From Dysosmobacter sp. (GTDB taxonomy: Bacteria; Bacillota; Clostridia; Oscillospirales; Oscillospiraceae), in the NCBI GenBank assembly GCA_026169195.1, contig JAPFEH010000005.1, positions 40,837 through 72,836 of the forward strand: a stretch of DNA of 32,000 nt, given 5' to 3'. Positions 1-9,262 of this stretch are shown one piece after another; position 1 is the first letter of the stretch; every line of letters starts with the position of its first letter. The notes below the pieces were generated by a model that ran no database searches, had not been told where the DNA came from, and saw only the letters and a program-made list of their open reading frames with translations. Both the position numbers and the translations under genes were made by a program.

Positions 1-402
1 AATGTCAGGATGCTCCGCCAAATAATCAAGCGCCGCGTCCAGTCGGGTCCGCAGAGACAGCGAGGGTTGCGTGCCGTTCACGCCGGCACCTAAGACGATC
101 ACCGCATCCACAGGCAGCGCCCGCAAATCGCTCCTGCCCCGATTGATGACCACAGTCTCAATGGCGCACAGCATACCGACGCCAAGCGCAAGGCACAGGG
201 AGAACACCCGTTTTCCCAAACGCCAGACACCGCCCCGCTCTGCCAAACGGTCCAGCAGCGCCCAAGCCGGCATCAACGCCGCTGCTCCCAGCAGCAGGCA
301 GCCGGAAAACCGCATTCCCCATATCCGGACCGCTGTCAAAACGCCGCCCGCCAAGGCCAGTATGGCTGCCAAGATACACCAAAGCGCCGTTTTTCTCTTC
401 AT
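1..402 (-). CDS. DUF218/YdcF (SanA/ElyC-like) family protein, N-terminal 134 codons; gene continues past the left edge
   Basis: Absent from the supplied ORF track because no stop lies in the window. Hand translation of the minus strand from ATG 402..400 gives MKRKTALWCILAAILALAGGVLTAVRIWGMRFSGCLLLGAAALMPAWALLDRLAERGGVWRLGKRVFSLCLALGVGMLCAIETVVINRGRSDLRALPVDAVIVLGAGVNGTQPSLSLRTRLDAALDYLAEHPDI, open to base 1. It has hydrophobic N-terminal segments followed by a DAVIVLGAG...PS..L..RLD motif typical of DUF218. GGAGGAG (407..413, minus) sits just upstream of the ATG. Confidence 0.7.
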   Translation of the reverse strand, partial: MKRKTALWCILAAILALAGGVLTAVRIWGMRFSGCLLLGAAALMPAWALLDRLAERGGVWRLGKRVFSLCLALGVGMLCAIETVVINRGRSDLRALPVDAVIVLGAGVNGTQPSLSLRTRLDAALDYLAEHPDI

Positions 403-426
403 ACCGCTCCTCCGGACGGGATCCGT

Positions 427-2328
427 TTACTCTCCCGCTTCCTCGCTGAGCCGCTCCCATTTTTCATAAAGTGCATCCAATTCATGCTGGACCATCTCTT
501 TTTCTTTCAACAGCTCATTGAGCTTCTCATAATCACAGGCGGCAGCTTCCATATCCGTATCCAGCTCCGCCAGCCGTTCTTCCGTTTTGGAGATCTCCCG
601 CTCGCAGATGGTCAGCTGCTTACGCGCCGCCTGCTGTGCCCGATTGGCGGGACGGGGCCGCTCTGCAGCCGTCTTTTCCTGAACCGGTTTCGGCGGATCC
701 GTTTTTTCCGCTTCCTCCTGTGCCTTGACCTGCCGGTACTGGGCAAAGCCCATGGGATAATCGGTAATGGTCCCATCTGCCAGTTCCCAAATGCGGGTGG
801 CAAAGCGGTTGATGAAATACCGGTCATGACTGACAAACAGCAGCGTGCCGTCATAAGCCTCCACAGCCTCTTCGATCCATTCTCTGGAATCGATGTCCAG
901 ATGGTTGGTCGGCTCGTCCAGAATCAGGAAATTGATCTCGTCATCCATCAGCATACACAGCCGCAGGCGGCTCTGCTCGCCGCCGGAGAGTACGGACACC
1001 GGCTTGAGCACATCTTCGCCGCGAAAATCATAGGCCGCCAGACGGTTGCGGGCAGACTGTGCGGAAAGGCCGCGCTTGGCTGCCATCATGTTCTCCACCA
1101 AGTTCCAATCCGGATGGTCAAAGTGCACGATCTGCGGCAGATAAGCCGCCTTCACCTGCGGACCGGTGCGGATCCTGCCCTCGTCCGGATACAACTCCCC
1201 CATAATCATCTGAATCAGGGTGGATTTTCCGGTCCCGTTGTCTCCAATCAGGGCGATGCGCTCGGCTCCTTCGATTTTCAGACTGATGCCATCAAAGAGG
1301 TGCTTTTCTCCATAGCTCTTGGCAAGATTCCGAAGGGAGAGCACCTCGTCTCCATGAAATTCCGCAGTGGAAAAGCGGGCATCCATCTTCCTTGCTTTGG
1401 TAGGCTTTGCCGTTGTGCGCATCCGCTCAATGCGCCTTTCCATGGAAATGGCACGGCGATAGGTCTTGTCCATTCCCTGAAACGCCCACAGCCGCAGCTG
1501 CTCCGCGGATTTTTCAAGCTGCTGGATCTTGGCCTGTTCCTTTTCATACTGTTTCATGCGCTCTTGGAACCGGCGTTCCTTTTCCACCGCATAAAAGCTG
1601 TAATTCCCGCTGTAAAACTCCGCCTTGCCATTCTCGATCTCAATGACCCGCGTCACGATCCGGTCCAGAAAATACCGGTCATGAGAAATCGACACCACTG
1701 TCCCGCGGAAGCCGCGGATATACTCCTCCAGCCACTCCGTTGCATGAAGATCCAAATGGTTGGTAGGCTCGTCCAGAAGCAGGATGTCCGTATCCTCCAG
1801 AATCAGCCGTCCCAGATTCACCCGGGTCTTTTCCCCGCCGGAAAGGCTGTCAAACAGCTGCATCCGCATTTCCCGGGAAATCGACAGGCCGTTGGCGATC
1901 TTGTTGACCGCCACATCCGTATCGTAACCGCCGAAAACCTCAAACCGCTCGCTGAGTGTCCCATACCGCCGCAGCAGCGCAGGGTCATTCTCGCCGGCTG
2001 CCATACGCTCTGCCAGCTGCTCCATCTCATCTGCCAGCTTTTGCAGACGGGCGAAGGCGGAACGCAGAACATCCTCTACCGTATATCCCGCCGGATATAC
2101 AGGAATCTGAGAAATCAGCCCTACCCGGCGGCCCTGACCGACCGTCACCTGACCTTCATCATAATCTAGTTCTCCGGTCAATATCTTGAACAGGGTTGTC
2201 TTTCCGGCGCCGTTTTTGCCCAGCAGTCCCACCCGCTCGCCTTGGTCAATCTGAAAGGTAAGGCCATCCAATACATTCTTCCCTACCTCAAAGGATTTTA
2301 CCAGACCGTTTACCTGTATCTCAATCAT
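427..2328 (-). CDS. ABC-F family ATPase (soluble tandem ABC protein, translation-factor type)
   Basis: Two Walker A motifs (GKNGAGKTT, GDNGTGKST) and two ABC signatures (LSGGEKTR, LSGGEQSR). No TM segments; charged inter-domain linker and coiled-coil C-tail. Preferred start is MIEIQVNG at 2328, with GGGAGG upstream. The ATG overlaps the murF stop (ATGATTGA). Confidence 0.9.
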   Translation of the reverse strand: MIEIQVNGLVKSFEVGKNVLDGLTFQIDQGERVGLLGKNGAGKTTLFKILTGELDYDEGQVTVGQGRRVGLISQIPVYPAGYTVEDVLRSAFARLQKLADEMEQLAERMAAGENDPALLRRYGTLSERFEVFGGYDTDVAVNKIANGLSISREMRMQLFDSLSGGEKTRVNLGRLILEDTDILLLDEPTNHLDLHATEWLEEYIRGFRGTVVSISHDRYFLDRIVTRVIEIENGKAEFYSGNYSFYAVEKERRFQERMKQYEKEQAKIQQLEKSAEQLRLWAFQGMDKTYRRAISMERRIERMRTTAKPTKARKMDARFSTAEFHGDEVLSLRNLAKSYGEKHLFDGISLKIEGAERIALIGDNGTGKSTLIQMIMGELYPDEGRIRTGPQVKAAYLPQIVHFDHPDWNLVENMMAAKRGLSAQSARNRLAAYDFRGEDVLKPVSVLSGGEQSRLRLCMLMDDEINFLILDEPTNHLDIDSREWIEEAVEAYDGTLLFVSHDRYFINRFATRIWELADGTITDYPMGFAQYRQVKAQEEAEKTDPPKPVQEKTAAERPRPANRAQQAARKQLTICEREISKTEERLAELDTDMEAAACDYEKLNELLKEKEMVQHELDALYEKWERLSEEAGE

Positions 2329-3694
2329 AGTCCTCCCGAAGCGCATCTACCAGCTGTCCGAAATGCATGGCATGCGACGCCTTCACCAGCATCGCGGTAC
2401 CGGGCTTCAGTTCCTCCTTCAGCGTCTTAAGGGCCTCCTCCTGATCCGCAAAATGGAGCGTCTCTCCTCCGCTTTGTGCAGCCCCGTCTGCAATCCTGAC
2501 CGCCTTTTCTCCAATGGCCGCCACAAAGTCAATTCCCAGCATCGTCGCCAGCGCTCCCATATTGTAATGAGCCTGATCCGTCAATTCCCCCAGCTCGCCC
2601 ATATCGCCAAGTACGGCGATCCGGCGGTCACATTCTGTCTTTGCCAGTACTTCCAGTGCCGCGGCAACAGACTGCGGGTTTGCGTTATAGCAGTCATCCA
2701 GCAAAATGCGTCCTTCCGGAAGATGGAGCACCCGCATCCGGGAGCCTGCCGGCTCATAGGCCGCCACTCCCCGGACGATCTCATCATGGCTCAGGCCAAG
2801 CGCCTCGCCCACAGCTACGGCGATGGATGCGGAATACACCATATAGGCCCCCGGCGCAGGGATCGACAGTGCATAGCGGTCCTTTTCCGTAACCACCGTG
2901 CAGGTGATTCCCTCCACGCCATGATCCGCGATCTCCAGAACCCGCGCCTGACAATGCTCTGACTGGCCGCAGCGAACCGTTCGAAACGGCGGCTGAACCG
3001 TATTCAAAAGCGCGTCGTCTCCATTGAGGACCAGCAGTCCGTCCTCCTTCAAATGCTCCAAAATCTCACATTTTGCTTTCAGGATGCCTTCCCGGCTCCC
3101 TAAAAATTCAATGTGCGCATCTCCGATATTGGAAATGACCGCCACATCCGGCCGCACCATCGCGCCCAGATATTCGATCTCGCCGAAATGGTTCATGCCG
3201 GTCTCGATCACGGCCGCCTCATGCTCCGGCCCCAAGCCGAACAAGGTCAGGGGCGTTCCAATGTCATTGTTGTAGTTTTCCGGTGTCTTTAAGACCTTAT
3301 ATTTCGCGCCCAGAACAGCGGCGACCATTTCTTTTGTAGTGGTTTTTCCCACACTTCCAGTGATCTGCACGAAGGGAATGGAGAATTTCTCCCGATAGGC
3401 TGAGGCCAGCGCCCGCAATGCCAGACGGGTGTCATCCACCTTGATGTAAAATTTATCCGGCCGGAGGTCCTGCGGCAGCTTGGCGCAAAGACATCCGGCA
3501 GCCCCCTTGTCCAAGGCGGCATCGATAAAATCATGGCCGTCGAATTTCTCGCCCACCCAAGGCAGAAACAGGCAGCCGGGAACCACGTTCCGGCTGTCTG
3601 TGCAAACTGCGCGCACCGGAGCCGCATCCTCCCGCGGGTTCCACCAAATGCCGTTCACAGCGGCGGCGATTTCTTGAACTGTCATGGGCTGCAT
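2321..3694 (-). CDS. murF: UDP-N-acetylmuramoyl-tripeptide--D-alanyl-D-alanine ligase
   Basis: 457 aa with the Mur-ligase P-loop ITGSVGKTTTKEM and NNDIGTPLT, and a typical MurF N-terminus. GAGGAGAG lies 9 nt upstream of ATG 3694. The gene follows ddl directly. Confidence 0.9.
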   Translation of the reverse strand: MQPMTVQEIAAAVNGIWWNPREDAAPVRAVCTDSRNVVPGCLFLPWVGEKFDGHDFIDAALDKGAAGCLCAKLPQDLRPDKFYIKVDDTRLALRALASAYREKFSIPFVQITGSVGKTTTKEMVAAVLGAKYKVLKTPENYNNDIGTPLTLFGLGPEHEAAVIETGMNHFGEIEYLGAMVRPDVAVISNIGDAHIEFLGSREGILKAKCEILEHLKEDGLLVLNGDDALLNTVQPPFRTVRCGQSEHCQARVLEIADHGVEGITCTVVTEKDRYALSIPAPGAYMVYSASIAVAVGEALGLSHDEIVRGVAAYEPAGSRMRVLHLPEGRILLDDCYNANPQSVAAALEVLAKTECDRRIAVLGDMGELGELTDQAHYNMGALATMLGIDFVAAIGEKAVRIADGAAQSGGETLHFADQEEALKTLKEELKPGTAMLVKASHAMHFGQLVDALREDYD

Positions 3695-3698
3695 AGAT

Positions 3699-4757
3699 TC
3701 AATCTCTCCTCTTCAAACAATAGGACCGCTGCACGATCTCTTCACACAAATCGGTATAGGACATCCCGATGGCAGCAGCCTCCTTCGGCACCAGACTGGC
3801 AGACGTCATTCCCGGCAGGGAGTTGACCTCCAGACACCAGGCCCCGCCTTCCTCGTCCAGCAGGAAATCCGTTCTGGAATACACCTCCAGCCCCAGTGTC
3901 CGGTGGAGCTTCAAAGCCAGCGCTCCCAGCCGCTCCTGCTGCTCTGCCGTAATGGGCGCAGGGCACAGCTCCTGCGCGCCGCCGCTTTGATACTTCGCTA
4001 TGTAATCAAATTCCTTCTCGGCAGGGACGATCTCCACGGCAGGCAGCGCCCGGTCTCCCAGCACGCCCACGGTCAGTTCCCGTCCCCGGATCTTCCGTTC
4101 CACAAGAATATGGCTGCCGTATTGCAGCATCTCCCGCAGGGCCGCTTCCAGTTCTTCCTTTGTGTCCGGAAGGGCGACCCCGATGGAAGACCCGCCGTTG
4201 ACGACCTTCACCGCGCAGGGGACCTCCAGCTCCGCTGTCAATGCAGGAATATCCGTATCTGTGTAGAAGGGGATGTCGCGCCACGGGGCCGTGGGGATCC
4301 CTGCTGCGTCCATCATCCGTTTGGTCATGGATTTGTCCATGGCAAGTCCTGATGCCAGATAGCCGCTGCCGGTGTAGCGGATCCCCAGCAGATCAAACGC
4401 TGCCTGCACACGGCCGTCCTCGCCATCCTGCCCGTGCAGCCCCAGAAAAACAATATCCGCCAGCGCGCACAGTTCCAGCACATGGGGCCCGAACAGTCTC
4501 CCGCTCTGATCCTTCCGGCTGGCACGGATCTCCTCCAGATCCGGAGCCGTCCCACGGATCTCTGCCGCCGGACAAAGACCGTCCTCCGTGTCAAAAAGTG
4601 ACTCAGGGTCATCGGGCATCGTCTCCAAGCCCAGAAACAAATCCACCAGAATGGCCCTGTGCCCGTTCTGCCGCAGGGCTTTGCACACAGATGTTCCCGT
4701 TACCAGAGAGACTTCCCGTTCGGTGGAGAGTCCCCCCGCCAATACAACGATCTTCAT
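3699..4757 (-). CDS. ddl: D-alanine--D-alanine ligase
   Basis: MKIVVLAGGLSTEREVSLVTG N-terminus and ATP-grasp body. The internal Met at 4757 is preferred over the track start at 4793 (GGAAGGGAAG upstream). Confidence 0.9.
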   Translation of the reverse strand: MKIVVLAGGLSTEREVSLVTGTSVCKALRQNGHRAILVDLFLGLETMPDDPESLFDTEDGLCPAAEIRGTAPDLEEIRASRKDQSGRLFGPHVLELCALADIVFLGLHGQDGEDGRVQAAFDLLGIRYTGSGYLASGLAMDKSMTKRMMDAAGIPTAPWRDIPFYTDTDIPALTAELEVPCAVKVVNGGSSIGVALPDTKEELEAALREMLQYGSHILVERKIRGRELTVGVLGDRALPAVEIVPAEKEFDYIAKYQSGGAQELCPAPITAEQQERLGALALKLHRTLGLEVYSRTDFLLDEEGGAWCLEVNSLPGMTSASLVPKEAAAIGMSYTDLCEEIVQRSYCLKRRD

Positions 4758-4873
4758 GGAGCTTCGCTTCCCTTCCTGCCATAGGCATACCAATACGATT
4801 ATAACTTATATATATTATCACAAGCCTCTTGTGATTACAACCGCAACTTCTCCGGCCGCCGGAGGCCGCTTCC

Positions 4874-6001
4874 TTACAGATGAAGGGAAATGCCGTTGAC
4901 CTCCACGCCCTCTTCCGCGCGGATCAGGATATAGCGGGCCCCGTCAATGAGACGGGTTTCCACCAGATCCCCCCGATCCGGATTGACCCGAATGGTCACA
5001 TCCGGCGTTTTGACCTCCATCTGCTTTGTATCCACAAGATTTCCGGGACTCAGCTGCGCATCCTCTCCAAAGACCGCATCATACTGTTTGCCGAATTGCT
5101 CCACCCGCTCTTCTGCCACACCGCTGTGCCGCAGGACCTGACGGACCGTCTCCTTCGAAACCACGAGCGGCTCTTCGATCTTGTTGGCCTTATGTTCTTC
5201 AATCATGCCACGGAAGCTCTCTTGAATCGTCTGGACCACCTGATACTGGCAATCCTCAGAAAGACTCTCGCCCAGAATAGACTGGAAGGATTCCTTCTGC
5301 CGTTCAGCCGGCATCGGTACGGAGCTGCTGAAGATCTCCTGCACAAACCGCTCCTGATTCTCCTGAAGATTCTTCGTATAATACAAAGCATTGTACAAAT
5401 TGGTGCTGCGCTCGTCAAACGCCGGAAACAGGAACCCCGTTTCCGGTGCTGCCACGACCCAGTCCGGATTCAAATTCTGAAACCGGTTCTCCCGTACGGC
5501 AAACCCCAGCGCTTCTTTGCTGAGCTTCACCGGACAAATGCTGCACAGGATATAGGAAAACACTTCCGACGAAGCGTCATCCTGCCGCATCCCATCCCGC
5601 GAACGGTACGGCACATCATAGGCGTCAAACGCCAGCAGGATCAGATAGTTTCCTTCCAGCTCCAGCGTTTGAATGGCCTTTTGAAAAAATCGCTCCACGG
5701 CGTTCTGATCTGCCAGCTGAGAATTCCGCAGATCCATCAGCAGGCGGTGCGCCTCGCCCTCTGCCACCTGCCGCGTGTCAAACTCGATATCCAGCAGGTT
5801 TTTTCCAACGGTCCCCGACAGCGTGCGCCGCAGGTTGGTCAGCAGTTTTTCGCTTTCCTCCTGCCCCATCATGGCAATGGATTCGTCAAATTCCGAAATG
5901 ATCTCCCGGTTTTCATTCACATAACATCCCCGTACATGGGTGATATTGCTCTTATCCGCCCGAAAACGCCGGCGGAGCTCTGCGATCTCCTTTTCCGTCA
6001 T
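4874..6001 (-). CDS. Conserved hypothetical protein, DUF4317-like
   Basis: 375 aa from MTEKEIAELRRRFRADKSNITHVRGCYVNENREIISEF (ATG 6001, AGAGGGG upstream). The family call rests on recalling this N-terminal pattern in clostridial DUF4317 proteins and was not verified by search. Confidence 0.6.
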   Translation of the reverse strand: MTEKEIAELRRRFRADKSNITHVRGCYVNENREIISEFDESIAMMGQEESEKLLTNLRRTLSGTVGKNLLDIEFDTRQVAEGEAHRLLMDLRNSQLADQNAVERFFQKAIQTLELEGNYLILLAFDAYDVPYRSRDGMRQDDASSEVFSYILCSICPVKLSKEALGFAVRENRFQNLNPDWVVAAPETGFLFPAFDERSTNLYNALYYTKNLQENQERFVQEIFSSSVPMPAERQKESFQSILGESLSEDCQYQVVQTIQESFRGMIEEHKANKIEEPLVVSKETVRQVLRHSGVAEERVEQFGKQYDAVFGEDAQLSPGNLVDTKQMEVKTPDVTIRVNPDRGDLVETRLIDGARYILIRAEEGVEVNGISLHL

Positions 6002-6140
6002 ATGGCCCCTCTTTTGTGATAGAATTGCCGCCTTCAAAAACAGCAGCTCTATCATATCACGGATCCAGCAAAAAAAGAAAGGGGTTCCGCGGAAAACGCC
6101 GGTTACCCGACCGGAGGCGGATCCCATCGTGCAGGCAGCA

Positions 6141-6190
6141 GAAAAGCCCCCTGACGCAGTCGATCGGTCTGCATCAGAGGGCTTTCTCTC
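6141..6190 (-). terminator. Putative intrinsic terminator after the TepA-like gene
   Basis: On the minus strand, AAAGCCCUCUGAUGCAG / CUGCGUCAGGGGGCUUU form a stem of about 17 bp including 2 G-U pairs. It runs into UUUUCU. Confidence 0.45.
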
Positions 6191-6220
6191 CGGTTTGTTG
6201 TTACAAAATCCTGTTTGCCT

Positions 6221-6943
6221 TCATCGGGATGCCGGTGTGCCTTTGCGCTGCTCAATCTGACGGTAGAGACAGCCCAATCCATCGGACAGGCCGCCCACCG
6301 CGTCAATGATTCCCTCCCGGACAGCCTCCTCGCCATAAAGGACGCTGCCCACGTCAGCAGCCATATCCGCCTTTTTCAGCATCAGCTCCTCAAAGCGCGC
6401 TGCGCTGATGGCACTGTGTCCGGAGACAAACGCTACAATGCGCTCCTGAAGCCGCTGAAAATAATGGTAGGTCTGCGGCGCGGCAATGACCGTTCCGCTC
6501 ATCCGAACGGGATGGATCGTCATGGCGGCAGACGGCACGGCAAAGCTGCGCTTTGCCGCCACCGCCAGCGGGACTCCGATCGAATGGCTACCTCCCAAGA
6601 CGATGGAAACCGTAGGCTTCGTCATACCGGCAATCAGCTCTGCGATGGCAAGCCCCGCCTCTACATCTCCGCCCACCGTATTGAGCAAAAACAACACGCC
6701 GTCCACTTCATCGGATTCCTCCAGTTTGGCAAGCAGCGGCAGAACGTGCTCATATTTTGTGGTTTTCGCGCCGTTGGCGGCAGTGCTGTGTCCCTCGATC
6801 TGCCCGATGATGGTCAGACAATACACATTGCCGTGGGACGTGCGGGTCATGGCAGAGCCAAAATCCACGATGGACTGCGCCGGATCCTGATGTTCGGAAC
6901 TGTTTTCGGAATGCTGCTCCGCAGGCTTGTTCGTTTCAGTCAT
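6221..6943 (-). CDS. ClpP-fold protein, TepA (translocation-enhancing protein)-like
   Basis: LLNTVGGDVEAGLAIAELIAGM and GGSHSIGVPLAVAA resemble the ClpP/TepA core. The start at 6943 (MTETNK, GAGAGGGG upstream) is preferred over 6976, which has no RBS. Confidence 0.7.
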   Translation of the reverse strand: MTETNKPAEQHSENSSEHQDPAQSIVDFGSAMTRTSHGNVYCLTIIGQIEGHSTAANGAKTTKYEHVLPLLAKLEESDEVDGVLFLLNTVGGDVEAGLAIAELIAGMTKPTVSIVLGGSHSIGVPLAVAAKRSFAVPSAAMTIHPVRMSGTVIAAPQTYHYFQRLQERIVAFVSGHSAISAARFEELMLKKADMAADVGSVLYGEEAVREGIIDAVGGLSDGLGCLYRQIEQRKGTPASR

Positions 6944-7131
6944 ACTACCCCTCTCTTTCCCCGGTATTATCTCCATTTTTATGAAAACTACACGCCCGTC
7001 AGGGTTTCTTTTTTCCTGAACGTGTGATAGGATAACATCAATTACGTTTCCCGTTTTTCAGAGAAAACAGGCCGGCGTTCAGATCATCAGGCAAGACGCC
7101 GTATATTTTGCCGCGCAAAGGAAGTTCGATT

Positions 7132-7932
7132 ATGGAACAAAGAAAACAGCGTATCGTGGTGAAGGTGGGCACCTCCACCCTCACCCATGATTCCGGGGCG
7201 TTGGATCTCAGAAGCATGGAACAGCTGGTGCGGGTCCTCTCCGACCTCAGCGGCGCGGGGCATGAAGTCATTCTGGTGACCTCCGGCGCCATTGCCGTGG
7301 GCACCGCCCGTCTGGGTCTTCCGGAACGCCCCAAGGAGCTGCGGATGAAGCAGGCCGCTGCCGCCGTGGGACAGTGCCGCATGATGCACCTTTATGACAA
7401 GCTCTTTTCGGAATACAACCGGTCCATGGCTCAGATCCTGCTGACCGGAGACGATGTGGAAGATCCGGAGCGTGCCGCCCATCTGCGAAGCACCTTCTCC
7501 GCCCTGCTGGAAATGAAAGTCATCCCCGTGGTGAACGAAAACGACTCCGTTTCCTCTGCCGAAATCGAGACAGGCCACCACAAGGTTCTGGGTGATAACG
7601 ACACTCTTTCCGCCATTGTGGCCGAGCTGTGTCAGGCAGACCTTCTGATATTGCTGAGCGATATCGACGGGCTTTACAGCGCAGACCCCAAAAGCCATCC
7701 TGACGCCGCGCTGCTCCATCAGGTGCGGGAACTGACTCCGGAGATTCTGGAAATGGCCGGCGGAGCCGGCAGCTGGCGCGGTACCGGCGGGATGTCCACC
7801 AAGCTCTCCGCCGCCCGCATCGCCATGGCAGCCGGATGCGATATGGTCATCACCAACGGCGCCCGGATGACAGACCTTTACGGGATCGTGGACGGGCAGG
7901 ACATCGGCACAAGATTCGTTGCTTCCAGATAA
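7132..7932 (+). CDS. proB: Glutamate 5-kinase (short form, no PUA domain)
   Basis: RIVVKVGTSTLT, VILVTSGAIAVG and NENDSV motifs. AAGGAAG lies upstream of ATG 7132. proA follows. Confidence 0.9.
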   Translation: MEQRKQRIVVKVGTSTLTHDSGALDLRSMEQLVRVLSDLSGAGHEVILVTSGAIAVGTARLGLPERPKELRMKQAAAAVGQCRMMHLYDKLFSEYNRSMAQILLTGDDVEDPERAAHLRSTFSALLEMKVIPVVNENDSVSSAEIETGHHKVLGDNDTLSAIVAELCQADLLILLSDIDGLYSADPKSHPDAALLHQVRELTPEILEMAGGAGSWRGTGGMSTKLSAARIAMAAGCDMVITNGARMTDLYGIVDGQDIGTRFVASR

Positions 7933-7944
7933 GGAGGAGTTCAT

Positions 7945-9192
7945 ATGACCGCATTACAGCAGCAGGGAACCGAGGCAAAGGCCGCTTCCTATGTTCTGGC
8001 CACTGCCGGAACCCTCATGAAAAACAAGGCTCTGGAGGCCATCGCCTCCATGCTGACACAGCGGCAGGAGGAATGGCTTGCCGCCAATGCGCAGGATGTG
8101 GCTGCCGCGCGGGAGGCCGGTATACGGCCTGCCATGCTGGACCGCCTGACCCTGACCCCTGAGCGCATCGCCGGTATCGTCTCCGGAGTGCGTCAGGTTG
8201 CCGCTCTGCCGGACCCGATCGGGCAGGTGACCAAAATGGAGACCCGACCCAACGGTCTGATCATCGGCCGCCGCCGCGTGCCTCTTGGCGTCATTGCCAT
8301 CATTTTCGAGGCCAGACCAAACGTCACCGTCGATGCGGCGGCGCTGTGCCTGAAATCCGGCAATGTGTGTATTCTGCGGGGTGGGAAGGAAGCCATCCGG
8401 TCAAACCGCTGTGCGGCGCAGCTGATGCGGGAAGCCTTGCTTTCCGCCGGCCTCCCTGAAGCCTGCATCTCTCTGGTGCAGGATACCAGTCACGAAACCG
8501 CCAGCGAACTGATGCATCTGGACGGTCTGGTGGACGTGCTGATCCCCCGTGGCGGGGCGGGACTCATCCGCACCGTGGCAAAGGAGGCCAGCGTCCCTGT
8601 GATCCGCACCGGCGAGGGCGTGTGCCATCTTTACGTGGATGACGAGGCGGATCTCGATATGGCTGCCAAGGTACTGTACAACGCCAAATGCTCCAGACCC
8701 TCCGTATGCAACGCAGTGGAATGTGTATTGGTGCATCAGGCGGTCTCGACCGCCTTCTGGGCAAAAGCCCTGCCGCTGCTGGAGGAAAAGCAGGTGGAGC
8801 TGCGGGCAGACCATGCGGCGCAGCTCATACTGGACAGCCGCGCCAAGGCCGCCGCAGAAAGCGACTGGGACGCAGAGTATGACGACTATATTCTGGCAGT
8901 CCGGACAGTGGGCGGTATGGATGAAGCCATTCACTTCATCAACCGCCACGGCACCGGCCATTCCGAGGCCATTATGACCCGCAATTACTTCAAGGCACAG
9001 CACTTTCTGGATCAGGTGGACGCGGCAGCGGTATATGTAAACACCTCCACCCGATTCACAGACGGCGGCGAATTCGGTCTGGGCGCGGAAATCGGCATCT
9101 CCACCCAGAAGATGCACGCGCGTGGCCCCATGGGTCTGGAAGAGCTGACCAGCTGCAAATACGTCATTTACGGAGAAGGTCAGGTCCGCTGA
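7945..9192 (+). CDS. proA: Glutamate-5-semialdehyde dehydrogenase (gamma-glutamyl phosphate reductase)
   Basis: 415 aa with an aldehyde-dehydrogenase fold, catalytic-Cys context CNAVECVLVH and HGTGHSEAI. AAGGAGGAG RBS. Confidence 0.93.
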   Translation: MTALQQQGTEAKAASYVLATAGTLMKNKALEAIASMLTQRQEEWLAANAQDVAAAREAGIRPAMLDRLTLTPERIAGIVSGVRQVAALPDPIGQVTKMETRPNGLIIGRRRVPLGVIAIIFEARPNVTVDAAALCLKSGNVCILRGGKEAIRSNRCAAQLMREALLSAGLPEACISLVQDTSHETASELMHLDGLVDVLIPRGGAGLIRTVAKEASVPVIRTGEGVCHLYVDDEADLDMAAKVLYNAKCSRPSVCNAVECVLVHQAVSTAFWAKALPLLEEKQVELRADHAAQLILDSRAKAAAESDWDAEYDDYILAVRTVGGMDEAIHFINRHGTGHSEAIMTRNYFKAQHFLDQVDAAAVYVNTSTRFTDGGEFGLGAEIGISTQKMHARGPMGLEELTSCKYVIYGEGQVR

Positions 9193-9262
9193 CCGAGGTT
9201 CCGAACGCCGTGACCGCGTCTCTTGTTCCGCGGGCTCTAAACAGGTTTGGAGGCGTTCCTGT

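Noticed and set aside
71-469. Listed ORFs 71-469(+) and 158-460(-)
   Set aside because: A third frame on the minus strand (402..1) gives a DUF218-like protein with an RBS and a TM N-terminus. The listed ORFs are Arg/Pro/Ser-rich out-of-frame products.
484-2169. A 561-aa plus-strand ORF. Similar long antisense ORFs occur at 4880-6019(+), 7087-7944(-), 8401-9117(-), 21368-22345(+), 22355-23086(+) and 24333-25550(+).
   Set aside because: Each one overlaps, on the opposite strand, a gene with strong family motifs (ABC-F, DUF4317-like, proB, proA, the HPr-like/rluD region, rluD, metK). None has a convincing RBS or motif.
427-2328. The ABC-F protein as an antibiotic-resistance (ARE) determinant
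   Set aside because: This cannot be decided by eye. The linker length and C-terminal coiled coil are equally compatible with housekeeping Uup/YbiT-type ABC-F proteins, and there is no resistance-gene context.
6977-7131. A T-box or attenuator leader upstream of proBA
   Set aside because: The region is only about 155 nt, with no specifier-loop or T-box (AGGGUGGNACCGCG-like) sequence. The only hairpin (CGGCGT...ACGCCG followed by UAUAUUUUG) is 6 bp, which is too weak to call.
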